64,000 nt of DNA, from assembly GCA_938040325.1 (NCBI GenBank), contig CALHXW010000060.1:9080-73079 (forward strand). Direction: 5' to 3'. This DNA comes from an uncultured bacterium. GTDB lineage: Bacteria > Myxococcota_A > UBA9042 > PHBI01. A program made the translations under genes and the position numbers. Below the pieces are notes generated by a model. That model had not been told where the DNA came from. It saw nothing but the letters and a program-made list of their open reading frames with translations, and did not search any database. Below are positions 46,501 to 54,034 of this stretch, piece by piece (within the stretch, counting starts at the first letter, position 1; every line of letters begins with the position of its first letter).

Positions 46501-49298
46501 CTGACCAAGGCTGCGCGGAGCCCACGAGCGAGTGCGACACGGCCGCGGAGACGTGCGTTGTCTGCGAGGACGACGCGGCGACGGGCGCGGTCGACGGCGG
46601 CTGCAGCGCGGACCTGCCTACGTGCGTGGGCGATGGGTCGTCGGCGACCTGCGTCGAGTGCGAAGTCGACGCTGAGTGTGGCGCCGGCGACGTGTGCGCG
46701 CCCGACAACACCTGCGTGCCCTGCCACGACGACGCGGCAGCTGGCAGTATCGACGACGGCTGCGACATGGCGGCGCCGGCCTGCCTCGGTACCGGCGACA
46801 GCGCGACGTGCGTCGAGTGCGTGGCCGATGCCGACTGCGGTGGTGACGCAGTCTGCGCGCCCGACAACACCTGCGTGCCTTGCCACGACGACGCGGCCGC
46901 TGGCGGCATCGACGATGGCTGCGACGATGCGTTGCCGGCCTGCATCGGCGCAGGAACAAGTGCGACGTGCGTGGCGTGTGCTGCCGACGCCGACTGCGAG
47001 ACCGGCGAGGTCTGTGACCCGAGCAACGCGTGCGTGCCGTGCCATGACAGCGCGATGACCGGTGGCGTCGACAACGGCTGCAGCGATGACACCCCTGCCT
47101 GCGTTGGCACGGCCGCCAACGCCACGTGCGTGGAGTGCGAGGCTGACAGCGAGTGCGACGCCGGCGAGGTCTGTGCCCCTGACAACGTCTGCGTGACCTG
47201 CCACGACGACATGGCGGCCGGCGAGATCGACGACGGCTGCAGCGCTGGGATGCCGGCATGCCTGGTCGACACGAGCGTCATGCCCGCGGCCAGCAGCTGC
47301 GTGGAGTGCATCGCCGACGCGGACTGTGGCGGCGACCTGGTGTGTGATCCGGCAAACAACGCCTGTGTTCCTTGCCATGACAGCAGCAGCGCTGGGGTCG
47401 ACAGTGGCTGTAGTGCGGCGGCTCCAACCTGTGTTGGCAGTGGCGCGTCTGCTACCTGCGAGGCTTGCGACAGCGACGATGACTGCGCGACGGGCGAGGT
47501 CTGCGATCCAAGCAACGCTTGCGTTGGCTGCTTCGACGACGCGGCGCCTGGCGCGGTCGACAGTGGCTGCGCCATGGGTGCGCCCGCCTGCGTCAGCGAT
47601 GGGGGCAGCGCCACCTGCGAGGAGTGCGACGTCGATGCCGCATGCGGCGCCGGCGAGGTCTGCGACGAGAGCAACAGCTGTGTCGCCTGCGAGGACACCG
47701 AGGGCCCAGGCGCGGTCGACAGCGGGTGCAGCGAGGAGACGCCGGCGTGCATCGGCGGTGGCGACGACGCGGTGTGCGTGGAGTGCGCCGCCGACGGCGA
47801 CTGCGAGGAAGGCACGGTCTGTGGGCCCGAGGCGATCTGCGTGGTCTGCCATGACGACGCCGACGCAGGCGCGACCGACCATGGCTGCAGCGACGAGACG
47901 CCAGCGTGCGTCGAGGTCGACGGTGGCGGCGTGACGTGCGTCGAGTGCGAGACGGACGCGGAGTGCCCCGGCACCAATGTCTGTAGCGCAGCGGGCACCT
48001 GTGTGGGCTGCCTGGACACCGACGAAGACACGGTCTGCGACAGCGACGACCCCGACGACGACAACGACGGTGTCGACGATGCTGAGGACGCCGACCCGCT
48101 CGACCCCAACGTCTGCCGCGACGAGGACGCCGACAGCTGCGATGACTGCAGCGTCACCGGCGACGATGGATCGGGTGGCGACCCGGGCAACGACGGCGAG
48201 GACCTCGACGGCGACGGCATCTGTGACGCGTCCGACGACGATGACGACGGCGACGGCGTGGCCAACGACGACGACGACGACCCGAGCGACCCCAACGTCT
48301 GCCGCGACCAGGACGCTGACACCTGCGATGACTGCAGCGTGACGGGCGACGACGGCTCGGGCGGTGACGTGGCCAACGACGGCGATGACCTCGATGGCGA
48401 CGGCATCTGCGACGCGGGCGACGACGACGATGATGGCGACGGTGTGGCCGACGTCGACGACACGGACCCGGCCGACCCCAGCGTGTGCCTCGACACCGAT
48501 GGCGACGGCTGCGACGACTGCAGCGTCAGCGGAGCCGACGGCTCGGGCGGCGACCCAGGCAACGACGGCGCCGACAACGACGGCGACGGTGCCTGCGATG
48601 TGGGCGATCCCGACGACGACAACGACGGCATCCTCGATGACGACGAGCCGAGTGGCGACCTCGACGGCGACGGCCTCGACAACGCCTTCGACATCGACAG
48701 TGATGGCGACGGCATCGTCGACAACGTCGAGGCCCAGCCGGCCGGCTCGTTCACGCCTCCAGCGGGTGCCGATGATGACGGCGACGGCCTCGACGACGCG
48801 TACGACACGGACTCGGGCGGCAGTGCCCTCACGCCGGTCAACAGCGACGACGACGACGACCCGGACTTCTTGGACACCGACGCCGACAACGACATGGTGC
48901 CGGACGCAACCGAGGGCCACGACGCGAACATGGACGGCCAGGCCGACACCACGCCGCTGGGCCAGGACGACAACGACAACGGCCTCGACGACGCGTTCGA
49001 TCCCGGCGCATCCGGCATCGAGGCGCCGACTCAAGACACCGACGCCGACGGCACCCCCGACTGGCGCGACGCCGATGACGACAACGACGACATCCCGACC
49101 GCCGACGAGCTGGAGGACGGCAACGGCAACGGCGTGCTCGACTACCTTGAGGAAGGCGGCACCCAGGTCATCGACGACGACTTCGTCGCCAAGGGTGGCG
49201 CCTGTGCGTCGGCCGCTGGTGGACCGCTGCCGTGGATGCTGGTGGCGCTCCTGACGGCCGGCTGGCTGTGGCGGCGACGGCAGACGACGGCCGGCTGA
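40557..49298 (+). CDS. giant secreted repeat protein (DUF11-like N-terminal region, Myxococcus Cys-rich repeats, TSP3-like Asp repeats, 15 tandem 8-Cys roughly 45-aa repeats, 3 tandem roughly 95-aa Asp-rich repeats, MYXO-CTERM-like tail)
   Basis: The start is the ATG at 40557 (MACIRHASRRAYWLSTSLLALGLIATTASSALA signal). CGDGLLDVAESCDDANSTDGDGCSASC and CGDARVTTGEACDDGNMSTGDGCDDAC match the Myxococcus cysteine-rich repeat pattern. The C-terminus is …GGACASAAGGPLPWMLVALLTAGWLWRRRQ. Confidence 0.85.
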   Translation: MACIRHASRRAYWLSTSLLALGLIATTASSALAEEPITLRSSWTLNGNFTIITNENNADEDVDTDVTTDDSTSATLVVPATSTVVAARLHWVCRGEDAMGFGAADQVKLETPDTAGYVLVTSESDTAWGSGAVLQRAFQADVTAHVQSAGDVTVADLRCNGVDNLVNYWALTVVYEDALEPLRNVSLFDGFSFFSSSTQTFELTNVVTPPSTTVPSRFGIVSTSGHNNQVGSETVLLECPSCGASGIDLVAAAGDMANPTGNIFNNNIRAFGGVPPSNPADPSLRGNATVGYDMDLFEVAASTLPADESEFDVSYSSGTDNIIMHIFAVSVGVRRPVLEVSKLATPSQSPALTGDTVSYEMTVANSTDTPADAVVLTDTLPTGMSWDGASIEVWNAADSAYRAVTAASGDDDCEISGTTLTCWLGQGADGAAATGGILEAADGTLRVRAVAVIDAVGNPVCNHASASYTFVAGVETLTFTDVSDDPTTPTGFDCSATAVCGDGLLDVAESCDDANSTDGDGCSASCELDSLFACATTGSSRSTDTVFVAHTSLSGNTSKESKLFSVAQSTNVITPLGEFKRGTTDVLVDGLAVNVGGDLFGFAYNVTTGMSQLVRINQANATVVDIGSPLPFLVNGAGFNAQNQLWVSAVPSAHGDVNAITSQPHSIAQVDAATGAVLSGPTPLVLNGTAFSSSPRGLDIAFDAVGGLIIGNNTLIYRVDNIAIPEMVLLDTISGQTFSGISLGPDSCQGNGIDHQSADNWLGWSLAGGPLTSDGAFAAENAGSGDAARAPIFCGGACLDHDGDGVLDANDLDDDNDGILDTDELGADHSGDSDNDGIADYRDASIVSCPDGNSDGVCDSLPVDIDFDGDGVPNHFDSDSDNDGIPDLIEAGGVDADSDELVDGFVDVNNDGYHDPLVMTPLEVPDTDGMDLADFLDLDADGDGVNDIVEAGGTDSDGDGVVDMFNDVDGDGYHEPLQTAPWPVPDSDGDSDPDFRDLCGDARVTTGEACDDGNMSTGDGCDDACMVEAGWVCGGGSDTMPSVCDPVCVDTAAGTGTDAGCSADLPICDTSGMVHVCVEPTDGNCLPNGDFENLEPVCAQALQSTGNWGVDYAHIASDGLVRNGNYSLHFVGTGVGQNLNSDGTCTGTQSVGGTGSDIYAAIDAPPGQCLKMTAYFNRAAGTTDSDFSCGLRATDGMAPLTTISTFGTVVGGEINTITSDADPDTWETCNAELIVPVDGSLVLAYVAALENVNDDATNEFGGHYADDILVVKAPISECDHCNDGVQDADETGVDCGGSCDPCVDGEGCAIDADCETGLCTDGICGPGPEVCDDGIDNDGDSDVDCADVEDCALHISCQGVNPSAQCSPAGGVTGDLVGVQVAHGLTSDAPDSDILTFAIPPGATTALVYGFGGTPTGDGVIDDEDVHTSFATVDLVNGTYGGYFSATIRTDAASTSAYTWVDEALGTPSITAASAQGDTSTFDGLTVDRPDAMTLTVREVSAMQDAVYLVEFYDGTSESLNLTTTRSTRIEIGDNYESFAIPAGTDWITIDAYNVDDWRGPSSAGVSFHEPIGAGRFVIDVANATATGFAGQNYGSGDAYTCKYGFTGYDVSQPTTATDGGVLASAAIIDGDTSLTGTAGCPSPSLWLDGNVLHYRKAPAAWAIDARQSVIVDFWTKTGAPTAAKAIGSSTAYNTSTGVFEPGLISRPMTLAVPGGTDFSQVRWSINTPINQPDKELNENFGFGANLVDFNKGEVSWRGVYNNGAVMAAQVLMLGTVPFGVAAVPDPSGWPDRFPSHTVTTFDPVASELTFTFNSQPYEQTVMHMQHFARGLDFSIGGGNVATTPTATCEMGITTIALNICNTGASRFNAQLPVTLYDADPTAGAANVVSTQLVQLDVDGGFCASPTVTLSAAESGLADNLYIVVHDNGSVAATGTPFALSALAMQPTATNINECDFSDNLYGALQDPCAPTCRDTAVGAAADQGCAEPTSECDTAAETCVVCEDDAATGAVDGGCSADLPTCVGDGSSATCVECEVDAECGAGDVCAPDNTCVPCHDDAAAGSIDDGCDMAAPACLGTGDSATCVECVADADCGGDAVCAPDNTCVPCHDDAAAGGIDDGCDDALPACIGAGTSATCVACAADADCETGEVCDPSNACVPCHDSAMTGGVDNGCSDDTPACVGTAANATCVECEADSECDAGEVCAPDNVCVTCHDDMAAGEIDDGCSAGMPACLVDTSVMPAASSCVECIADADCGGDLVCDPANNACVPCHDSSSAGVDSGCSAAAPTCVGSGASATCEACDSDDDCATGEVCDPSNACVGCFDDAAPGAVDSGCAMGAPACVSDGGSATCEECDVDAACGAGEVCDESNSCVACEDTEGPGAVDSGCSEETPACIGGGDDAVCVECAADGDCEEGTVCGPEAICVVCHDDADAGATDHGCSDETPACVEVDGGGVTCVECETDAECPGTNVCSAAGTCVGCLDTDEDTVCDSDDPDDDNDGVDDAEDADPLDPNVCRDEDADSCDDCSVTGDDGSGGDPGNDGEDLDGDGICDASDDDDDGDGVANDDDDDPSDPNVCRDQDADTCDDCSVTGDDGSGGDVANDGDDLDGDGICDAGDDDDDGDGVADVDDTDPADPSVCLDTDGDGCDDCSVSGADGSGGDPGNDGADNDGDGACDVGDPDDDNDGILDDDEPSGDLDGDGLDNAFDIDSDGDGIVDNVEAQPAGSFTPPAGADDDGDGLDDAYDTDSGGSALTPVNSDDDDDPDFLDTDADNDMVPDATEGHDANMDGQADTTPLGQDDNDNGLDDAFDPGASGIEAPTQDTDADGTPDWRDADDDNDDIPTADELEDGNGNGVLDYLEEGGTQVIDDDFVAKGGACASAAGGPLPWMLVALLTAGWLWRRRQTTAG
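46440..48010 (+). repeat. 15 tandem roughly 135-nt repeats encoding C..C.DDAA.G.IDDGCS...P.C.G.G.SATCVEC..D.DC..G.VC.P.N.CV
   Basis: The repeat is read directly from the translated ORF. DNA copies are diverged. Limits are approximate. Confidence 0.7.
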
Positions 49299-49348
49299 GA
49301 CCTGGCCATGCTAGCGCGGCGGCTCGCTGAAGCTTGGACCTGGCGGCT

Positions 49349-49365
49349 TGTTAGGGATGAGCACG
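49349..49365. repeat. 17-bp direct repeat ATGAGCACGAGCTTGCC (copy 1), partner at 50745-50761
   Basis: The 17 nt are identical, and 4 of 6 flanking bases (TTAGGG vs TAAGGT) also match. Copy 2 is the natural 3' end (GKLVLIP*) of the oxidoreductase gene. Copy 1 is a non-coding remnant in the gap between convergent genes. Confidence 0.4.
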
Positions 49366-49388
49366 AGCTTGCCGGCGCTCAGTCGGCG

Positions 49389-50576
49389 CTATTGCGTGCG
49401 GAGGGGCGCCACCCATGGCCCGGCAGCGACATCGCGCCATGCCAAGGCCTGGCCGGCACTCCACGTCTGGGTATCATCGCCGCCGTGGACGACGACAACC
49501 TCGGGCTCGGCGTCGCCGATGAGGGCCGCTATGCGAACCAGCGGTTCAAACGCGCTGCCTCGAAACGTCGCACCGGACTTCGCATCGGCGACGATCACGC
49601 GCATGCCGTCTTCGACGACAATATCGGCCTCAAGACCTCGGGGTTGCCGGAAGTGGTACGTGGACTCGGGCTCGCCGCGATGCAGACGCGCTTTGAGGAT
49701 CTCGGATACCACCCAGCTCTCGAAGATCGGCCCACGCAAGGGATGATGTCGAAGCTGGTCTGCCGTGCGAATGCCGAGCAGTGAGCAGGTCAGCCCCGTA
49801 TCGAGCATGTGCAGTTTCGGACGCTTCACTAGACGCTTTCGCACATTGCGGTGCCAAGCCGGGACGACGGTGCACAAATAGGACGTCTCGAGGACCGACA
49901 ACCAAGCCTTCGCAGTTGGCTGGGTAATGCCGGCATCAGAAGCAAGGCTGTTGAGGTTCAGCTCGGTCGCAGTACGGCCTGCGACCAGCCGCATGAAGGT
50001 CGTGAACGTCCGCAGGTTGCCGATGTTGAGGAGCTGCCTGACGTCGCGTTGGATATAGGTGGTCGTATAGTCGAGCAGCCAGCTGGCCGCAGGGAGCTCC
50101 CGGTCATAGATCCGTGGATACGCTCCGGTGACGAGCAGCGACATGAGCTCGTCGGTCGTCGGCGAGCCGAAGCGCGCTAGCTCGTCGAGCGAGGGCGGCA
50201 GTAGAGTGCGAACCGCCGTTCTGCCCGCCAGGGACTGAGAGATTGACGCAGATAGCGCGAAGCTTTGAGAGCCAGTCAGGATGAAGCGCCCCGGTTGGGG
50301 TCGTTCGTCGACGTCCACCTGCAGGTAGGAGAGGAGCTCCGGAACGCGCTGAACTTCGTCGATGATCGCCCCTTCGCGATACTCAGCCAGAAAGCCGCGT
50401 GGGTCATCGCTCGCATAGTCCCGCAAGTCGCCTGCTTCGAGCGACACATAGGGATGGTCAGGAAACACCGCTCGGCAGACCGTGGTCTTGCCCGACTGCC
50501 GAGGCCCCGTCACCGTCACAATGGGATAGTGGGTCGACGCCTGCTGGAGCAGGCTGGACAGGTTTCGGTCAATCAT
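49389..50576 (-). CDS. AAA-family ATPase with DUF4143-type C-terminal domain
   Basis: Walker A (VTGPRQSGKTT) and Walker B-like (IIDEVQRVPEL) motifs are present. The C-terminal region is typical of the AAA_14/DUF4143 family. Start is the ATG at 50576 (MIDRN…). GC content is visibly lower than the neighbours, with an AT-rich upstream region at 50585-50650. Confidence 0.8.
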   Translation of the reverse strand: MIDRNLSSLLQQASTHYPIVTVTGPRQSGKTTVCRAVFPDHPYVSLEAGDLRDYASDDPRGFLAEYREGAIIDEVQRVPELLSYLQVDVDERPQPGRFILTGSQSFALSASISQSLAGRTAVRTLLPPSLDELARFGSPTTDELMSLLVTGAYPRIYDRELPAASWLLDYTTTYIQRDVRQLLNIGNLRTFTTFMRLVAGRTATELNLNSLASDAGITQPTAKAWLSVLETSYLCTVVPAWHRNVRKRLVKRPKLHMLDTGLTCSLLGIRTADQLRHHPLRGPIFESWVVSEILKARLHRGEPESTYHFRQPRGLEADIVVEDGMRVIVADAKSGATFRGSAFEPLVRIAALIGDAEPEVVVVHGGDDTQTWSAGQALAWRDVAAGPWVAPLRTQ

Positions 50577-50737
50577 GTCGTGATGATACGAGAGCCTGCA
50601 CAAATTGAAAATCCAATTTTGAATTTGCACATTCGGGCCGATCTTCAATGGCATTGAAAATCTGCCCGCATCGGTGTGATGCGATCGTCATGCCACCTGT
50701 CCAAGCAAGCTCGTTGGAGCTCGGACCGCAGAGCTTC

Positions 50738-51820
50738 CTAAGGTATGAGCACGAGCTTGCCCACGGTCTTGCCGGACTCGATGTCCGCGTGGGCCCGCCC
50801 GACGTCGCTGAGCTTGTAGGTCGTCACCGGCGGGGCCTCGAGGTCGCCATTGCGCAACCAGCGCCCGATGTCGTCGAATGCCAGTGAGACAAAGTCGTCG
50901 CGATCGAAGAGGTAGCTGAGGTTGAACGCCATGACGCTCTTGGATGCGTTGGTGAGGTTTAAGGGGTTGTAGCGCGGTGTGCGAACGTAGTCGTAGGCGA
51001 GCTTCGGCCAGTTCGGGCGGCCGCCCTTCTTTGCCATCATCGTGTGGAAGCCGTAGACCACGAGCTTTCCGGCGGGTCGGAGGTGTTCGTAGCTCTGGGC
51101 CAGCGTGGCGACCCCGTTCGCGTCCAGCACGACGTCGTAGCCCTTGGGCGCGAGTCGCTTTGCTTCGCCCCACAGGTCTTGGGTGGACTTGTCGATGACG
51201 GCGTCCGCTCCATGCTTGCGGACCGTCTCCACCTTGTGGCTGCCACCCACGACCCCGACGACGTGGCAGCCCCCGAGCTTGGCCATCTGGACGAGGCTGC
51301 CGCCGACCCCACCGGCGGCGGAGTGCACCAAGACCTTGTAGCCGGGCCGTGGGTGCGCAAGCTCGTGGAGCGCGAACCAAGCGGTCATGAAGACCGCGGG
51401 AACCCCGGCCATCTGCTCGAACGATAGCTGCTCGGGCTTGGCGAAGACGTGCTTGCGACGCACGGTGAGATGGCCCGCGTAGCCACCGAACCGCGTCACG
51501 GCAAAGACCTCATCGCCCACCTGCAGATCGTCGACGCCTTCGCCGAGGCTGGCGACGAGGCCCGACACCTCGAAGCCAGGTGTGATGGGCCAACCTACGT
51601 ACTCTTTGGCCGACGAGTAGAGCCCTTGCCGCACCAGGGTGTCGGCGAAGTTCACGCCGGTCGCCTTGACCTCGATGAGCACCTCGCCAGCGGCTGGCTT
51701 GGGCATGGGCACGGTGCACATCGTCAGCTGGTTGTAGCTTCCCGCCTTAGGGATGACCACGCGCTGCGTCGTCGCGGGGATGGCTGCGTGACTGGGCGAA
51801 GCGTGAGCTGTGTCGGTCAT
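50738..51820 (-). CDS. MDR-superfamily zinc-independent quinone oxidoreductase / VAT-1-like NADPH-dependent reductase
   Basis: The GroES-like N-domain with …GVNFADTLVRQGLY… is followed by a Rossmann motif (VLVHSAAGGVGGSLVQMAKL). It overlaps tetR by 4 nt. Confidence 0.8.
   Translation of the reverse strand: MTDTAHASPSHAAIPATTQRVVIPKAGSYNQLTMCTVPMPKPAAGEVLIEVKATGVNFADTLVRQGLYSSAKEYVGWPITPGFEVSGLVASLGEGVDDLQVGDEVFAVTRFGGYAGHLTVRRKHVFAKPEQLSFEQMAGVPAVFMTAWFALHELAHPRPGYKVLVHSAAGGVGGSLVQMAKLGGCHVVGVVGGSHKVETVRKHGADAVIDKSTQDLWGEAKRLAPKGYDVVLDANGVATLAQSYEHLRPAGKLVVYGFHTMMAKKGGRPNWPKLAYDYVRTPRYNPLNLTNASKSVMAFNLSYLFDRDDFVSLAFDDIGRWLRNGDLEAPPVTTYKLSDVGRAHADIESGKTVGKLVLIP
50745..50761. repeat. 17-bp direct repeat ATGAGCACGAGCTTGCC (copy 2)
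   Basis: See partner at 49349-49365. Confidence 0.4.
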
Positions 51821-52470
51821 GGAGAGTCCTCTTGGTCGCCGCGTACGCGGTAGTGATCGAGCAGCATCGCCACCGACTCGTCGACGGCCTTGGTCAGCAT
51901 CACGTCGGGTAGCGTCTCACAGAGCCCGGCGAGGACCGGCCAGAACGCGGCGCCTTTTGCCAGGGCCCAGAACTGATGGGCGGCGACCTGGGGATACGGA
52001 ACGTGAAGGCGCCCGTCGGTGTGGGCGGCCCGCAGCCAGATCTGGAGGCCGTCCTCGCGGGTCACGAGGTCCGTGAGCGCGGTGACGCCGAGCTCGGGAC
52101 GCCGTGCCACGTCGGAGATCACGGCACGGACGAGGCCGATGAAGTCGGGCTTGAGCTCGCGGCCAAGCTTCTGGCGAGCGAAGGCCTTGAGCTGGTCGGC
52201 CAGCGGCTGGTCCGGGTCGTACGCCAAGGTGATGTCGCACTCGGTGCTGTCGACCAGGTCTTGAACGACGGCCGTGAAGAGCTCGTCTTTGCTCGGAAAG
52301 TGATTGTAGACCGTGCGCTTGGAGACCTCGGCCCGGCTGGCGACGGCGTCCATGGACGTGCGGTCGAACCCGCTCTCGCGAAAGCTCTCGCGGGCGGCCT
52401 GCAAGATCGCTGTGCGCTTGCGCTCAGAGCGCGTGCCCTTCGGAGCGGACTCGGTCGTGGATGTCGTCAA
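51817..52470 (-). CDS. TetR-family transcriptional regulator
   Basis: The N-terminal HTH RTAILQAARESFRESGFDRTSMDAVASRAEVSKRTVYNHFPSKDELF matches the TetR_N signature. The start is an alternative (TTG/GTG-type) codon at 52470. Confidence 0.8.
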   Translation of the reverse strand: MTTSTTESAPKGTRSERKRTAILQAARESFRESGFDRTSMDAVASRAEVSKRTVYNHFPSKDELFTAVVQDLVDSTECDITLAYDPDQPLADQLKAFARQKLGRELKPDFIGLVRAVISDVARRPELGVTALTDLVTREDGLQIWLRAAHTDGRLHVPYPQVAAHQFWALAKGAAFWPVLAGLCETLPDVMLTKAVDESVAMLLDHYRVRGDQEDSP

Positions 52471-52518
52471 GAGCGTTTGGTCCCGTTTCTACGGCGTCTC
52501 TCGCGCGCTCCGCGAAGA

Positions 52519-52602
52519 AACTACACCGTGCAGTTTACTTTTCCATTGACCTGCCGCTGCGGGTCGCTACGTTGAGCGAACTACACCGTGCAGTTTACTT
52601 TT
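52519..52602. promoter_or_regulatory. two identical 24-bp direct repeats (AACTACACCGTGCAGTTTACTTTT), 60 bp apart, each with an imperfect palindrome (ACTaCAC-CGTG-cAGT), in the tetR/SDR divergent intergenic region
   Basis: The copies are at about 52519-52542 and 52579-52602. The second ends 11 nt before the SDR start codon, and the first lies about 50 nt upstream of tetR. This is the classic layout for TetR operators. Confidence 0.45.
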
Positions 52603-52613
52603 GGAGAATAGGC

Positions 52614-53492
52614 ATGAATGAGCTCAAGGGCAAGGTCGCGTTGGTCACAGGCGCAAACGGCGGAATCGGACTGGAGACGGCCATCGGGCTCGCGAAGCGA
52701 GGCGCCACCGTCGTGCTCGCGGTCCGAAACCCGGATAAAGGCCTGGCCGCGCAGAAGACCGTCATCGAGCGCACGGGCAGCAAGCGCATTGAGCTGCTCA
52801 CGCTCGACCTGGCATCACTGACCTCCGTGCGCACAGCAGCTGCTGAGTTCCTTGAGCGCCACGACCGTCTCGACCTGCTCATCAACAACGCCGGCGTGAT
52901 GCTCTCGAGCCACCAGCTGACCGACGACGGCTTCGAGGCCACGTTCGGCGTCAACCATCTCGGCCATTTCCTGCTGACCAACCTCCTGCTCGACCGCCTC
53001 ATCGCGACAGGCTCGGCTCGTATCATCAACGTGTCGTCGGCGGGCCACGCACTAACCCGCGGCCTCAAGTTCGACGACCTGCTCTACACGCGCCGCCGCT
53101 ACAACGGCGTCGTCGCCTACTGCGAGAGCAAGCTCGCCAACGTGCTGTTCACGACCGAGCTCGCCCGTCGCTTGAGCCACACCGACGTCGTCACCCACAG
53201 CCTGCACCCCGGCGTCGTACGCACCCGCCTCGCCCGCGACGGCGATGGTGGCTGGCTCGGCAACACCTTGAGCGCCATCGGCGGCCCCTTCCTCATCAGC
53301 CCCGAGCGCGGCGCCGCGACAACCCTCCACGTCGCCACCAGCGACAAGGCGGGCAAGACCACCGGCAAGTACTGGTCCAAGAGCCGCATCAAGCGCGCCC
53401 GGCTGCCAAAGAGTGAAGCCAAGGACGCCGCACGCCTGTGGGAGGTCAGCGCAGAGCTGGTGGGGCTCGAAGCGACGGCGAAGGCGGCGTAG
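52614..53492 (+). CDS. short-chain dehydrogenase/reductase (SDR) family oxidoreductase
   Basis: A GGAG Shine-Dalgarno is present. TGANGGIGLETA (the TGxxxGxG cofactor motif), NNAG and a YxxxK-containing catalytic segment are present. Confidence 0.8.
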   Translation: MNELKGKVALVTGANGGIGLETAIGLAKRGATVVLAVRNPDKGLAAQKTVIERTGSKRIELLTLDLASLTSVRTAAAEFLERHDRLDLLINNAGVMLSSHQLTDDGFEATFGVNHLGHFLLTNLLLDRLIATGSARIINVSSAGHALTRGLKFDDLLYTRRRYNGVVAYCESKLANVLFTTELARRLSHTDVVTHSLHPGVVRTRLARDGDGGWLGNTLSAIGGPFLISPERGAATTLHVATSDKAGKTTGKYWSKSRIKRARLPKSEAKDAARLWEVSAELVGLEATAKAA

Positions 53493-53499
53493 GACACTC

Positions 53500-53790
53500 C
53501 TAGAAGTGACGTGGTGGGTCCATCTGGTCGTGTACCACGCGGACAATGCCGACGATCTCATCTGTGAAGACGTAGAAGGCAACGTGCCGCCCAATGTGGA
53601 TCGAGAAGTAGCCGGGTTTGATTTTCTTGCGGCTCCTGCCACGGTCGGGCTGGGGCCCGAGCAGCTGGATGGCTTGGTGAAGCTGCCGAAGGTACCGGTC
53701 CGCTTGCTCCTCGCCCCATGTTTCGAACGTGTAAAGCCAGATACCTTCCAAATCAGCAGCAGCCCGTGGCCTTATGACGATCTTACGCAC
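53500..53790 (-). CDS. parE: ParE/RelE-family toxin
   Basis: The 97-aa core MRKIVIRPRAAADLEGIWLYTFETWGEEQADRYLRQLHQAIQLLGPQPDRGR…VFTDEIVGIVRVVHDQMD fits ParE. The probable GTG start at 53790 overlaps the parD stop by 8 nt; the ORF track extends it to 54075. Confidence 0.6.
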   Translation of the reverse strand: MRKIVIRPRAAADLEGIWLYTFETWGEEQADRYLRQLHQAIQLLGPQPDRGRSRKKIKPGYFSIHIGRHVAFYVFTDEIVGIVRVVHDQMDPPRHF

Positions 53791-54034
53791 CCAGTGCAGC
53801 CTTCTGACGGGCTGATGAGATGATCTCCTCGATGTCGAACGGACGGTACGGGCCGCTGCCTTCGCCTTCCTCCAGCGCTGCCCGGAGCGCATCCACGTGT
53901 TGTTGCTGCTGCTCCATTGAACGCAGTGCATCACGGACGACTTCGCTCCTGTTGCTGTAGCGGCCTGACTCGACCTGCGCCGCGATGAAGCTCTCGAAGT
54001 GGTCGCCGAGGCTGATGCTGGTGTTCTTACCCAT
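53783..54034 (-). CDS. parD: ParD-family antitoxin (RHH/CopG)
   Basis: MGKNTSISLGDHFESFIAAQVESGRYSNRSEVVRDALRSMEQ closely matches the ParD consensus (MAKNTSITLGEHFDGFI…SGRY.SASEVIR.ALRLLE). Confidence 0.7.
   Translation of the reverse strand: MGKNTSISLGDHFESFIAAQVESGRYSNRSEVVRDALRSMEQQQQHVDALRAALEEGEGSGPYRPFDIEEIISSARQKAALGA

Noticed and set aside
42210-49034. Minus-strand ORFs 42210-44984 (924 aa), 46299-49034 (911 aa), 46439-49018 (859 aa)
   Set aside because: They are antisense shadows of the second giant gene.
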